DNA from: Candidatus Bruticola sp. | Lineage (GTDB): Bacteria; Vulcanimicrobiota; Xenobia; Xenobiales; Xenobiaceae | NCBI GenBank assembly: GCA_051874695.1 | Contig: JBJEGC010000022.1 | Coordinates: forward strand, 5,895 to 69,894 | Direction of reading: 5' to 3' | Length of the DNA: 64,000 nucleotides | Shown: in pieces, positions 1 to 9,069 of the stretch | Numbering within the stretch: position 1 is the stretch's first letter | Layout: every line of letters starts with the position of its first letter | The notes under the pieces: model-generated | What the model saw: only the letters and a program-made list of their open reading frames with translations | What the model was told of the DNA's origin: nothing | Database searches by the model: none | Made by a program: the position numbers and the translations under genes

Positions 1-543
1 CTGCGTATAGGAATTGAAATTTGCGAAAGAACTCCAATTCAACAAATTATGTTACTGCCGAATTATCTGCCTCCTCACCGTGAGGCTCCCACTGTTTCCG
101 CTCAAGATCGCCTGATGATGTGTTGTCTAGCTGCTAAGAGTAGTCCGGTGTTTACTGTCAGCGATATAGAAATACAACATAAAACTCTTTCTTATACCAT
201 AAATACTTGTCAAAAGCTGGTCCAGCAGCATCCGGAAGCAATTTTTTCTTTTATCACAGGTTCTGATTCTTTGGTAAAATCTGTTTGGTATCGATTCGAT
301 GATATTTTAGACCTTATGGAATATTTCTATGTTGTACATCGTCCCGGTGTCGACTTATTGGAACTAAAAGAGAAAATAGCCGGAATGCATTTGCAAAACG
401 CTCATAAAATTATGTGGTTTGAAGCTCCGGGACTCGATATTTCTTCTACTTATGTTCGCCAGTTGTTATCTGAAGGACGCTCGGCTAAATATTTAGTCCC
501 TGACAGTGTGCTTGAATACATCAGAGTTAGAGGGCTATTTTGA
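1..543 (+). CDS. nadD: nicotinate-nucleotide adenylyltransferase NadD, 5'-truncated at window edge
   Basis: Frame 1 is open from nt 1 with no upstream stop. The C-terminal half has NadD-like motifs (SYTINT, ISSTYVRQLL...GRSAKYLVPD). The ORF track lists 49..543. Confidence 0.75.
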   Translation: MRIGIEICERTPIQQIMLLPNYLPPHREAPTVSAQDRLMMCCLAAKSSPVFTVSDIEIQHKTLSYTINTCQKLVQQHPEAIFSFITGSDSLVKSVWYRFDDILDLMEYFYVVHRPGVDLLELKEKIAGMHLQNAHKIMWFEAPGLDISSTYVRQLLSEGRSAKYLVPDSVLEYIRVRGLF

Positions 544-713
544 ATTTTATGGACAATATGAGGAACTTTTTATGAATAGCTTGGGGGGCGGGGGGAAGAT
601 CTATATTTTTTGTTGAACGAGTTGCAGCAAGGAAGTGTTTTTTGAAAAAAAATCGGCTTTTCTAAGTACTTGTGGCTCTTTTTATTTTTTTGGTAGGAAA
701 GGAAAAGTACTGT

Positions 714-1175
714 ATGTTTTTTTACAAACGCAAATCTAGACGGGCTTTTACCATGGTTGAGCTCATCATTGTTCTAACTTTGATAGCTGCTGTTTCCGTG
801 TCCATAATCAGTTCATTCAAAAACAGACGTGAACAAGAATACCGTGCGGCTTGTCGCTCTTACATTCTGCGTCTGGCCAGTTGGCTAGAGTCGAGCAAAG
901 TTGAAGAAGGCGTTTATTTTAACCGGCATGGCGGTAGAAGTGCCAACTATGCTAACACCCGCAAATTTGAAGAGTGGTATGACAAACAGTGTCCTTTCTA
1001 CCGCTGTCCGTACGGCAACCCCGCTTACGATCGCAACCACGGTGGCAACGACAACGAGTACACTTATCTGTTTACTACTACCTACAGTGCTTTTACAATA
1101 ACTTGTACTTGTACTCATCCAGACGGTCTTTCTCCTCGATATTCTTCGTTGGCTGCCGGTGGTTGGGTTCGATAA
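714..1175 (+). CDS. prepilin-type N-terminal cleavage/methylation domain protein (orphan minor pilin or pseudopilin)
   Basis: N-terminus KRKSRRA/FTMVELIIVLTLIAAV matches a class III signal (basic stretch, FTxxE with Glu at +5, hydrophobic helix). Ala replaces the usual Gly at -1. ATG at 714 lies within ORF 672..1175 and is preceded by GGAAAGGAAAAG. Confidence 0.55.
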   Translation: MFFYKRKSRRAFTMVELIIVLTLIAAVSVSIISSFKNRREQEYRAACRSYILRLASWLESSKVEEGVYFNRHGGRSANYANTRKFEEWYDKQCPFYRCPYGNPAYDRNHGGNDNEYTYLFTTTYSAFTITCTCTHPDGLSPRYSSLAAGGWVR

Positions 1176-1217
1176 ACAAGTGTAAATAGGTTCCTAATTT
1201 TTATAAGTACAAAAAAT

Positions 1218-1258
1218 AAGCGGTGCTCTGTTTCAAGATTGAGCACCGCTTATTTTTT
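1218..1258. terminator. bidirectional rho-independent terminator between convergent genes
   Basis: Stem AAGCGGTGCTC / GAGCACCGCTT with a 12-nt loop. It is flanked by an A-tract upstream and a T-tract downstream. Confidence 0.6.
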
Positions 1259-1346
1259 CTTCCGTTTGTTTCATTGGGCGCTTCTCAGGCCGCTTTTATG
1301 AGCCGGTATCCTAGGGCTCATTGTATGGAGCAAACGGTTTCTTTAA

Positions 1347-3950
1347 TTAGAACTTGAAGTTCAAATAAGTTGTGAACAAGAATCCTTGCCAATTGAAGGG
1401 GTGAGCTCCCTGCTGAGGTCCGTAGCTCAAATTGAGGGCTGGAATTCCTGGGCTAGCAAAGATTTCTTCATCCATGCGGTCTTTAGTAGTAAAGAATTCA
1501 CCTAAGGCTCCCCATGACATATTGTCAGTAATATCCCAATCTAAACTAATATTAGGAATACGCTGTTCTAGGTTGATAATGTCGAATGTACTTGATCCTA
1601 TGGCATTGGCGTAATTGTTCATTACTCCTAAATGATCCAAGTGGCCGTACATATCGACTGATTTGTAGCCGGTATGGATACGCAGATTATTGGTAATATC
1701 ATAATCCAGATTGACTTGCCAGGCATCTAGGTAAAAGTTTACATAGTTCTGACTTTCTGAACCGTATCTTGTAGGGGTGTTAATTAAAGAAGCTAGCTGG
1801 GAGTGGCGGGTAAAGTGGGTGCTGCGAGCACCGCCGGAGAGAGTAATGCATCGCTTACTCTTTTTGGGTTCGACTGGATACTTAAAGCCTGTACTTAGTC
1901 TCCAGCTAGTAGCCTTGCCGCGCGGGTTTTCAAGAACTACTCCCAGTTCGTTGTTACCATCGCTGGCAAATGTTTCCGAAGAGAAGCCGCAGAAGACCGG
2001 ATCCATGAAACCGGGAGAAAAGCCCAAAACTGTAGTATTGGGAGTGCCTGGAGCAATGGAGTTGGCCGAATAGCGCACGTCTTGGCAAGAAGTTTTTGTT
2101 TGCTCTAAATCTTTGTACTCGAATGAGAAAAGGCCAGTGCGGCAGAAGCGCCAATCGAGCTTAGCTGTCCAACCCTTACGGTTATGAGTAAAAGTGTTGG
2201 TGTCATGCAAGGAGTACATGGAGTTATAGTAGTCAAAGCTAGGAACGTTCCAAATAGTGTTGCCTATACCGTTAATAGTAGGATAATTAAGTATAAAAGG
2301 ATCGTAAGTAGGGTCGGTGTGGACGTAAGTGCCCTGTAAGTTCAAAATATTGTCGAACATTTTGAAGTCGGCGCCTAATCTGTAAGCAGTACCGTCCACG
2401 GAATACGATGAATGCTTGTTCGGCTTATAAGTAGAGTGAGCATAGTCGGCGAACACGTTGGGCTTAACATCGCCTAAGTCGAATTCGTAGCTGGCACTGA
2501 AGCCGTAATTAAACATATCTTGGGCACCGATGCCTCCTACATTGGGGACGCCGGTTATGCCAGTAATGCCGTCGTTGCCGGCAGCTGCAATCATGGGAAT
2601 AGGACGTTCATCACTAATTGATCCCATACCGGCCACAGCGGCGGTGCCCGCTCCTAATTGGTTAATGTAATAACCGTTCGGGTTGACCCAGTTTAAAGTG
2701 AAATTGTCCTGCAGGTGCAAGCCTAGTGCAGCTTTATCGTATAGAGCACAGTCGATGGCATGGAGAATGTTTGCTTTAAAGTTGCCTTGGCCATCTTTAA
2801 AGATCAATTCAAAATTGCCGCCTTCTGCTCTGGACTGATAACCGTCATTGTCAAACAAACTATTGGCGATACCGTTGGCTAGGCGAGTTCCCATGAGCTC
2901 CCATTTAAAAGTGAAGTCCGGTGAAAGAGTTTTCTCGCCCTTTAGCTGAACGCCGTAAGTATCCAGATAATAATCACCCCAGGCGTTTGGGTTACGTTCT
3001 GGCACATAAACTAAGGAAGAAAAATTCTGCTCTTTTATACTGCCCACAGTCAGGCGAGTCTTACTCGGTTTGTGCATTACCCAGAAATTATCCAGAGCCA
3101 GTTTTGCATAGGGGGTGTGCTCTAAGCCTTGGGCACTGCTGTTTGCTCCGATGGTTGAGGTAAAGGGATTGCTGAGATAAGGTTGGGAGACTCCCCAAAA
3201 AGCGTCAATAACTTTGTTGCCGCAGCTTGAGTAAGCGCTGAACTCAGCTCCGCCTTCTAAGGAGTTGCCTAAATCGAATTTGGTGCCAAGCATAAGCTCG
3301 TGGGCTATGCTGGTGCCGCTTACCATTGGGCGTCCGTTAGACCAGTCTGTTACTGAGGCTACACCTATAAAGAAGGTATTAAAAGTAAGGCCTGCTGCTA
3401 CTGAGGGGGCGGGAATAATACCGCCGGCTCCGGTATTGCTGCCTACTGCATCGGAGTAATCTAAAATGGCCGGTGTCCCTAGAGAGCCTACACCGACATT
3501 GCGCATCGACAGAGTTGAAATGCGGGCTTTATATTCACCATAGAAACTGATACGTTCTAAGTCGCTTACCCTGCTGTCTAGCTTGGAGACTTCTGCTTCC
3601 AGTCGCTCGGTTCTGGCACCTAAGGCGGCTAATTCATCTTTTAAGCTGGCAGCCAATTTTTGTAGTTCTGCTAGTTCGGCTTTAGTGGCCAAGGAAGTGT
3701 GTTCGTTTTGTAGCTGAGCTAGCAGTCTGGCTACAATTAAGGCTACTTCCCAACGAGAAGCTTGTCTGTCACCTTTGAAAGTTCCATCTGGATACCCTTC
3801 GACAATGCCTTTGGCAGCTAGAACGGCTACTGCATCACTTGCCCATGTATTTTCCGGAACATCAGGGAAGAGCGGAGCGGCCCAAGCTGGAGTTAGAATG
3901 CTCAGCCCTAGAAGAGCTCCTAGAAGAGGGGTAATATTTTTAACAGTCAT
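1347..3950 (-). CDS. SLH-domain outer membrane porin (OmpM-like; SLH + coiled coil + beta-barrel)
   Basis: Signal peptide (…LTPAWA/AP). The N-terminal SLH motif is FPDVPENTWASDAVAVLAAKGIVEGYPDGTFKGDRQASRWEVA. A coiled-coil region follows (ELQKLAASLKDELAALGARTERLEAEV), then ~650 aa rich in aromatic/Gly beta-strands ending in ...YLNFKF. Confidence 0.8.
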   Translation of the reverse strand: MTVKNITPLLGALLGLSILTPAWAAPLFPDVPENTWASDAVAVLAAKGIVEGYPDGTFKGDRQASRWEVALIVARLLAQLQNEHTSLATKAELAELQKLAASLKDELAALGARTERLEAEVSKLDSRVSDLERISFYGEYKARISTLSMRNVGVGSLGTPAILDYSDAVGSNTGAGGIIPAPSVAAGLTFNTFFIGVASVTDWSNGRPMVSGTSIAHELMLGTKFDLGNSLEGGAEFSAYSSCGNKVIDAFWGVSQPYLSNPFTSTIGANSSAQGLEHTPYAKLALDNFWVMHKPSKTRLTVGSIKEQNFSSLVYVPERNPNAWGDYYLDTYGVQLKGEKTLSPDFTFKWELMGTRLANGIANSLFDNDGYQSRAEGGNFELIFKDGQGNFKANILHAIDCALYDKAALGLHLQDNFTLNWVNPNGYYINQLGAGTAAVAGMGSISDERPIPMIAAAGNDGITGITGVPNVGGIGAQDMFNYGFSASYEFDLGDVKPNVFADYAHSTYKPNKHSSYSVDGTAYRLGADFKMFDNILNLQGTYVHTDPTYDPFILNYPTINGIGNTIWNVPSFDYYNSMYSLHDTNTFTHNRKGWTAKLDWRFCRTGLFSFEYKDLEQTKTSCQDVRYSANSIAPGTPNTTVLGFSPGFMDPVFCGFSSETFASDGNNELGVVLENPRGKATSWRLSTGFKYPVEPKKSKRCITLSGGARSTHFTRHSQLASLINTPTRYGSESQNYVNFYLDAWQVNLDYDITNNLRIHTGYKSVDMYGHLDHLGVMNNYANAIGSSTFDIINLEQRIPNISLDWDITDNMSWGALGEFFTTKDRMDEEIFASPGIPALNLSYGPQQGAHPFNWQGFLFTTYLNFKF

Positions 3951-4395
3951 AACATGTTTACCTTATGCTAGTCATCTTCTCTGTTAAACGGTTCAATTTA
4001 TTTGCAGGCAGAGAAGCTGACAATTTATCTCGCTGCCAGTGTTGCCTATCCGCCAAGCAATTCAGTTTTTGACGGTATCTGAAGCTGTTTGGTGGCTGCA
4101 TAACGGCAGTGCGGTTGTAAAACCGGAGTGTAAGCTTGTATCGTTTTTTATTTGATTCCTGCTTATCAATTGAATAGCTTTTAATTTTTTAGATAAAAAA
4201 TTTCAGTGTCTGAAGATTCGTTTATAGGGCTTATTTGATGGCTTATCTACCCAAAAATAAATAATTTACTATAAGTCGCTTCCTCTAAATCCTACAGACT
4301 GTCTGTTGTTGAAACATTGTTTATTTGTTAAAATTATTTTGTTAAGGCAGTGTATTGCCGCTTTATTTTTGAAGAATGGGTGTCTAAACAAATAT

Positions 4396-4773
4396 ATGAA
4401 TAAATTTTTTTATACTTTAGTGTGCTTGTTAGCTGTTGCTACTGCCCCTGTTTGGGCTGGTCTTTCTGAACGCCTCACCTGGATCGACAATATCCCCGGA
4501 CTTAAGGTCATCAAATATGAAGAATCCATGCGCAAGGTTGAAAAAGACTATTTGGCCACTAACGCAGAGAAAGAGTACAACGCTATTGTTAACGGATTAA
4601 AAAAGAATGGCTGGCGCATTGTTAAAACCGAAATTGAAGATGGCCTGACCAATATGCCGGAAGTTACCGCTGTAAAAGACGGTATGAAATTTGAGTTGGA
4701 AGTAGACAAAGACATGCACATCGACGGCCACGAAATTTACAAGTTTGAGGTTAGTCTCAAATCTTATAAGTAG
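4396..4773 (+). CDS. small secreted hypothetical protein
   Basis: The internal ATG at 4396 gives MNKFFYTLVCLLAVATAPVWA/GL, a typical Sec signal. The ORF track starts at a TTG at 4306. Confidence 0.45.
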   Translation: MNKFFYTLVCLLAVATAPVWAGLSERLTWIDNIPGLKVIKYEESMRKVEKDYLATNAEKEYNAIVNGLKKNGWRIVKTEIEDGLTNMPEVTAVKDGMKFELEVDKDMHIDGHEIYKFEVSLKSYK

Positions 4774-4795
4774 TTACCGATAGCAAAACAAAAAA

Positions 4796-4828
4796 ATCCT
4801 GTTTAACTAATAAACAGGATTTTTTTTG
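4796..4828. terminator. bidirectional rho-independent terminator
   Basis: ATCCTGTTTA-ACTAA-TAAACAGGAT hairpin. An A7 tract lies upstream and a T8 tract downstream, between convergent genes. Confidence 0.6.
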
Positions 4829-4842
4829 TTATCTGGAGTTTG

Positions 4843-5784
4843 CTATACCGGACGCTTAGTAAATTTCACGTACAGGAATCCACCTATAGCTCCTCCTAAG
4901 TGCCCCCAGTTGTCCAAGAAAGTCATATTGGTCAAAAAAGACAAACCAAATCCTAAAAGCAGCAGTAGAACAACTCCTTGAATATAGGCAGAAGCTCTTT
5001 CAGAAGATCCTAAAGCCCAGCGTCTGTTATAGGCCCAATAGGCAGTCAGCAAAGCAAAAATGCCCGTTGAAGCTCCTATACCGCCGGCTGGATTGACAAA
5101 GGAAGATAATATATTTCCGGTGATACAACCGCATACAAATAAAAGTAAAAATTTTTTGCAGCCAAGTATTTCTTCCATTTCTAAACCTACTACATGTAGG
5201 CAGTACATATTGCAAAGTAGATGAAATAAGCTTCCGTGTAGCAAAGCTGCTGTGAGCAGTCGCCAAATTTCAGTTGGGGCAAACAAAGGCATATAAGGAG
5301 AGAGCCAAGGGGCTATCATTATTTGAAACTGAATTGGCCACAAAAGCTGCGCAGCATATATAACCAAACAGATAATTATTAGGGCATATACTGCTTTAGG
5401 GCGGTGATAAGAGACTGCACCGCCGGGAGATTGATATTTTTCCAGGATCTTTTTCTGGAAGCTGGAAGTTATGGCTCCGGATCCTCCGCATGATTCACAT
5501 ACTTTTGAACAGGGGATCGTTTTCCTACCTTTGCAAGTGCGGCAGGGCAGAGGTTTTCCCTGACTATTGTGTCCGGAGACACCACTGCCATTGCATCCTG
5601 GGCAGACCATTTCACCGCTGCCTCCGCAATCTAAGCAAGTTCCGCTGCCTTTGCATCTGGGGCAAAGGCGCCCGCCTTTTTGTTCTGCTGTTTCTGCGGC
5701 AGAAAGTGAGGCTGAAAAAGGCTTAAGCTCTGCTGCAGATTTGTTGTTTTGCTCGTTGTTTATTGTCGGCATAATAAGAGTCAC
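4843..5784 (-). CDS. rhomboid-family intramembrane serine protease with N-terminal DnaJ-type CxxCxGxG zinc-finger repeats
   Basis: Five Cys pairs are present (CPRCKGSG, CLDCGGSG, CPGCNGSG, CRTCKGRK, CESCGGSG). These are followed by multi-TM rhomboid motifs (GGIGASTGIF with the Ser, and WGHLGGAIGG with the His). Confidence 0.7.
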   Translation of the reverse strand: MTLIMPTINNEQNNKSAAELKPFSASLSAAETAEQKGGRLCPRCKGSGTCLDCGGSGEMVCPGCNGSGVSGHNSQGKPLPCRTCKGRKTIPCSKVCESCGGSGAITSSFQKKILEKYQSPGGAVSYHRPKAVYALIIICLVIYAAQLLWPIQFQIMIAPWLSPYMPLFAPTEIWRLLTAALLHGSLFHLLCNMYCLHVVGLEMEEILGCKKFLLLFVCGCITGNILSSFVNPAGGIGASTGIFALLTAYWAYNRRWALGSSERASAYIQGVVLLLLLGFGLSFLTNMTFLDNWGHLGGAIGGFLYVKFTKRPV

Positions 5785-5846
5785 CGCCGCGACATAAAAT
5801 TTATGAAACCTTTACACTATATATAGAAAGGTGTTAAGCTCCTGCT

Positions 5847-6836
5847 ATGGATATTATACAGGACACTGTTGACAATTTGTGTCTGACCGATTTAAGCGCA
5901 GCACATAAATTAAATAAAATTATGCTGTCTCGTGTTTCAATGTTGGCCATATCTGCTGCTCTGGCTTTGGGGGTAACCGCTAATTCAGCTTGGGCTGATG
6001 AAATAAGGGCGGAAATCCGTATGGTCAATGGGCAGCAGGAAGTTGTCTATACAAACGAAGCCAACGATATTTACAAACGCAGCATTAGCAACACGAACGG
6101 TGTAACCGTTATAAAAGATTATCCTACTTATAAAGGAAAGCAGCGTTCGGCTTCGGCAAAAAAGAAGAATAATGCTGCGCCAAGTAAAGCGGTGGCCGCT
6201 TCTTCAACTGGTTCAGCAGCTGCCAAGAAAAAGACAGCTCCTAAAGGCAAGCGACGCCCAGACGGCACCTATGAATTTGCTCCGCCTCAATACGAAGTTT
6301 ATGAGGTCAAGCCCAGCGGTCTATATCGAGATGACTGGTCGTTTGCTACTTTCAATGCGGCTCAACGTCAGCCTCGTTTAGTGAGTTATTACGGATGGGA
6401 CCCAAACGATGCTTCCCAGAATCAACGTACCTGGGTTGAGGTAGATATCAATCCCATTATTTTGAAATACGCGAAAATTTGGGGCGTAGATCCTCTGTTG
6501 GTAGAGATCGTCATCTGTCATGAATCCGGCTTTAATCCTAGGGCTGTTTCACCTGCGGGAGCGGTGGGTTTAATGCAGCTTATGCCCGGAACTGCTTCTG
6601 GATTGGGCGTCTATGACGTTTATGACGTAGAACAAAATATAGCAGGCGGAACTCGCTACATAGCCTCCCAGTTGGAGCGTTTTAATAGTGTGCCTTTGGC
6701 TTTAGCAGCCTATAATGCCGGTCCCGAAGCGGTACTTTATTACGGAGGGATTCCCCCGTATTCTGAAACTCAGTATTATGTAGATACTATATATGGAGAG
6801 TATTTGGCCGGTAAAAGGGCCAGAGAAGGCAGATGA
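5847..6836 (+). CDS. lytic transglycosylase (SLT domain) with N-terminal signal/anchor
   Basis: SLT catalytic motifs are present (CHESGFNPRA ... GLMQLMP ... AYNAGPEAV). The hydrophobic segment MLSRVSMLAISAALALGVTANSAWA starts at the alternative ATG 5922. Confidence 0.75.
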   Translation: MDIIQDTVDNLCLTDLSAAHKLNKIMLSRVSMLAISAALALGVTANSAWADEIRAEIRMVNGQQEVVYTNEANDIYKRSISNTNGVTVIKDYPTYKGKQRSASAKKKNNAAPSKAVAASSTGSAAAKKKTAPKGKRRPDGTYEFAPPQYEVYEVKPSGLYRDDWSFATFNAAQRQPRLVSYYGWDPNDASQNQRTWVEVDINPIILKYAKIWGVDPLLVEIVICHESGFNPRAVSPAGAVGLMQLMPGTASGLGVYDVYDVEQNIAGGTRYIASQLERFNSVPLALAAYNAGPEAVLYYGGIPPYSETQYYVDTIYGEYLAGKRAREGR

Positions 6837-6839
6837 GGA

Positions 6840-7859
6840 GTGTACAAAAAACAATACGCTGGTAGTATGAGTTCGCTTGGTCGTCTTCTGCTGCAATACT
6901 GCTTGGTTTTTGTATCGGTATTGAGCTTTTTATTGGTCGGCGATCCTAGTCTGGCGCGGGATCGTCGTTTGGTCTGTTCCAAATGCGGTCGGGTTATAAG
7001 CGGATATTATTATAAAATGAACGATGGCAGCATCGTTTGTTCCGATGACATCCCAAAGTGTTATATCTGTGGTAAAGAGTGTGCCGAGGGCTATTATGTG
7101 TTAAAAGATGGCCGTACAGTCTGCGCCAAAGATATGGAACGCCGGATTCCCACCTGTTCCTGTTGTAATAACAAACCTTCCGACGCCCAAATAGTTAGGC
7201 TGCGCGACAATTTGATATCATGTCGCAAGTGTTGGGAGTCGAAATTACCTCGCTGTTTTTTATGCAATTTACCTATTATCAACGGCGGGTTAGTCTTTTC
7301 TGACGGCCGTCGTCTTTGTCCGTACCATTCTGTTTCTGCTGTGAACGACCAGCATTCTGCTGAAGTATATTTTGACAAAGCCAAGCAGCTAATTCGTCAG
7401 TACGTATCACCGTCAATCAATATTGATGATGCTTCTCTCAGCATTCATATAGTGGACCAAAATGTTCTTTGTGAGAAAATGCGCTCTAGTGGCGATCCCA
7501 GCCCTTCGCTAAAGTTAACTAGCGGACGCACTTTACTATACAAAATAGGAGGGCGCATGCTCTTCCGTATCTATGTTTTGCAAGGGCTGCCCTCTGAAGA
7601 TTTTCTAACAACTATGGTTCATGAATGCGGTCACGTATGGCAAATGAAAAATAAAGTTGTTCCGTTAAGCAAACGCCGTGAGGAAGGCTTTTGCGAGTGG
7701 CTCTCCTACAAAGTTAATCAACATTTGCACCGCCAAACTCAAATAGAGCTTTTAGAGCATAAGAATGATTCTATTTATCATCAGGGGCTTATGGAATATC
7801 TTGACATAGAAAAGAAGCAAGGACGCAATGGAGTCCTGAGCTATGCTTTGGGCAAATAG
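6840..7859 (+). CDS. LIM-type zinc-finger protein with C-terminal DA1-like HExxH metallopeptidase domain
   Basis: N-terminal hydrophobic segment. Repeated LIM-like cysteine spacings are seen (CSKCGRV...C..C; CYICGKEC...C; CSCCNN...CRKC; CFLCNLP...CPYH). An HECGHVWQ motif resembles the DA1-like peptidase HEMMHAW. The start is GTG at 6840; an alternative ATG lies at 6867. Confidence 0.5.
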   Translation: MYKKQYAGSMSSLGRLLLQYCLVFVSVLSFLLVGDPSLARDRRLVCSKCGRVISGYYYKMNDGSIVCSDDIPKCYICGKECAEGYYVLKDGRTVCAKDMERRIPTCSCCNNKPSDAQIVRLRDNLISCRKCWESKLPRCFLCNLPIINGGLVFSDGRRLCPYHSVSAVNDQHSAEVYFDKAKQLIRQYVSPSINIDDASLSIHIVDQNVLCEKMRSSGDPSPSLKLTSGRTLLYKIGGRMLFRIYVLQGLPSEDFLTTMVHECGHVWQMKNKVVPLSKRREEGFCEWLSYKVNQHLHRQTQIELLEHKNDSIYHQGLMEYLDIEKKQGRNGVLSYALGK

Positions 7860-7936
7860 ATTTGGGCAGGTATTAATAGTCTTATATAGAAAATTCGCTG
7901 CAATTTAAAAGTGACGAATTAGGGAGAGTGTTGAAT

Positions 7937-8836
7937 ATGGCTGAAGAGCGCCGTCCCATATTGCAGGGCGAATATAAGTTGATTAGTGTCCTAGAAACTG
8001 TTGGCGACAGCACTATATACAGAAGTCAGTCAGTAAGTCATTCTGAGCGTGTTTATGCTGTGCGTGAGTTTAAACTTGAAGGATATGAGGCTCCAGAAAA
8101 GAGAGCCATGATTTCTTCCTATTTCCAGCCTATTGCTCAGGGTTATATGGACTTTATAGATCCCTGTTTAACTTCGCTGCGCGACTTCTTTATTGAGAAC
8201 GGCTACATCTATTTCGTTTTCGACTATGTTCCCGGGCGCCGTTTGAGCGAATATTTCCGTGCCCGTCAGCGTCCGTTCCCGGAAAATTTGGCCCTAGATA
8301 TAGCTTATAAAGTAGCTAAAGCTTTAGAAACTCTGCACGCTTGCAAACCTATCAAGTTCTTTGCCGATATGTCGATATCGAATATTGTTTTAGCCTCCAA
8401 CGGTTACGCCATGCTGACCGATTATGGCTTAGGCAAGCTTCTGGTCGATTTGCCAGTCGATGCTCCTCGTATGGGGACGGTCGGGTACGCTGCTCCTGAA
8501 CAGTATGGCTTGGCCGGTATAGTTAGCCAATCTACCGATATATACGGTCTGGGAGTGCTCATGCACCAGATGGTGACCTATATAGATCCTACTCTTAATC
8601 CGGGCAAGCTAGCTCCTATTGCAGAAGTAAATCCTGCTATCAGCGATGAGTATATACAAATTGTACGTACCGCTACCCGCACCGATCCCAAGAAGCGTTT
8701 TCTTTCTGCCGCTGATATGGCAGCAGCAATTCGTTCTATCTCTCCTAATCGCGGCAAAAGCTATAAAGTGTTGAAACGCGATCTGCTGGCTGAATTCATC
8801 GCTTCTCTGAAGGCCCCCTTTACAACAGCTAAGTAG
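7937..8836 (+). CDS. Hanks-type protein kinase-like protein with atypical catalytic residues (possible pseudokinase)
   Basis: DYG (DFG-like), GTVGYAAPE (APE) and DIYGLGV motifs are present. The VAIK Lys is replaced by Arg (YAVRE), the HRD loop reads FADMSISN, and the Gly-loop is degenerate. RBS AGGGAGAG lies 8 nt upstream of the ATG. Confidence 0.6.
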   Translation: MAEERRPILQGEYKLISVLETVGDSTIYRSQSVSHSERVYAVREFKLEGYEAPEKRAMISSYFQPIAQGYMDFIDPCLTSLRDFFIENGYIYFVFDYVPGRRLSEYFRARQRPFPENLALDIAYKVAKALETLHACKPIKFFADMSISNIVLASNGYAMLTDYGLGKLLVDLPVDAPRMGTVGYAAPEQYGLAGIVSQSTDIYGLGVLMHQMVTYIDPTLNPGKLAPIAEVNPAISDEYIQIVRTATRTDPKKRFLSAADMAAAIRSISPNRGKSYKVLKRDLLAEFIASLKAPFTTAK

Positions 8837-8867
8837 CTATATGTAGTTCTTAACTAATTGTCGATCG

Positions 8868-8903
8868 AGCACCCTCTTTTGTATCAAGAGGGTGCTTTTA
8901 TAT
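8868..8903 (+). terminator. rho-independent terminator
   Basis: AGCACCCTCTT-TTGTATC-AAGAGGGTGCT hairpin followed by TTTTAT. Confidence 0.5.
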
Positions 8904-9069
8904 TGCTCAGCTGTACAGATGCAGCAATATTTTTTCATAAAAAAACTCCATCTTCTTTGCAGAGTAATATCTCAAAGTTCAGATGGAGTTTCTGATGGCT
9001 CTTGTGTAAAAAAGAGTGAACGTGCTCCCGCCTACAGAGGAGGGAGACTTCTTGCAGGATGGGCTAAAG

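Noticed and set aside
585-598. G-tract GGGGGGCGGGGGG in the nadD downstream intergenic region
   Set aside because: A single short run with no partner tracts for a quadruplex and no associated feature, so it is probably incidental.
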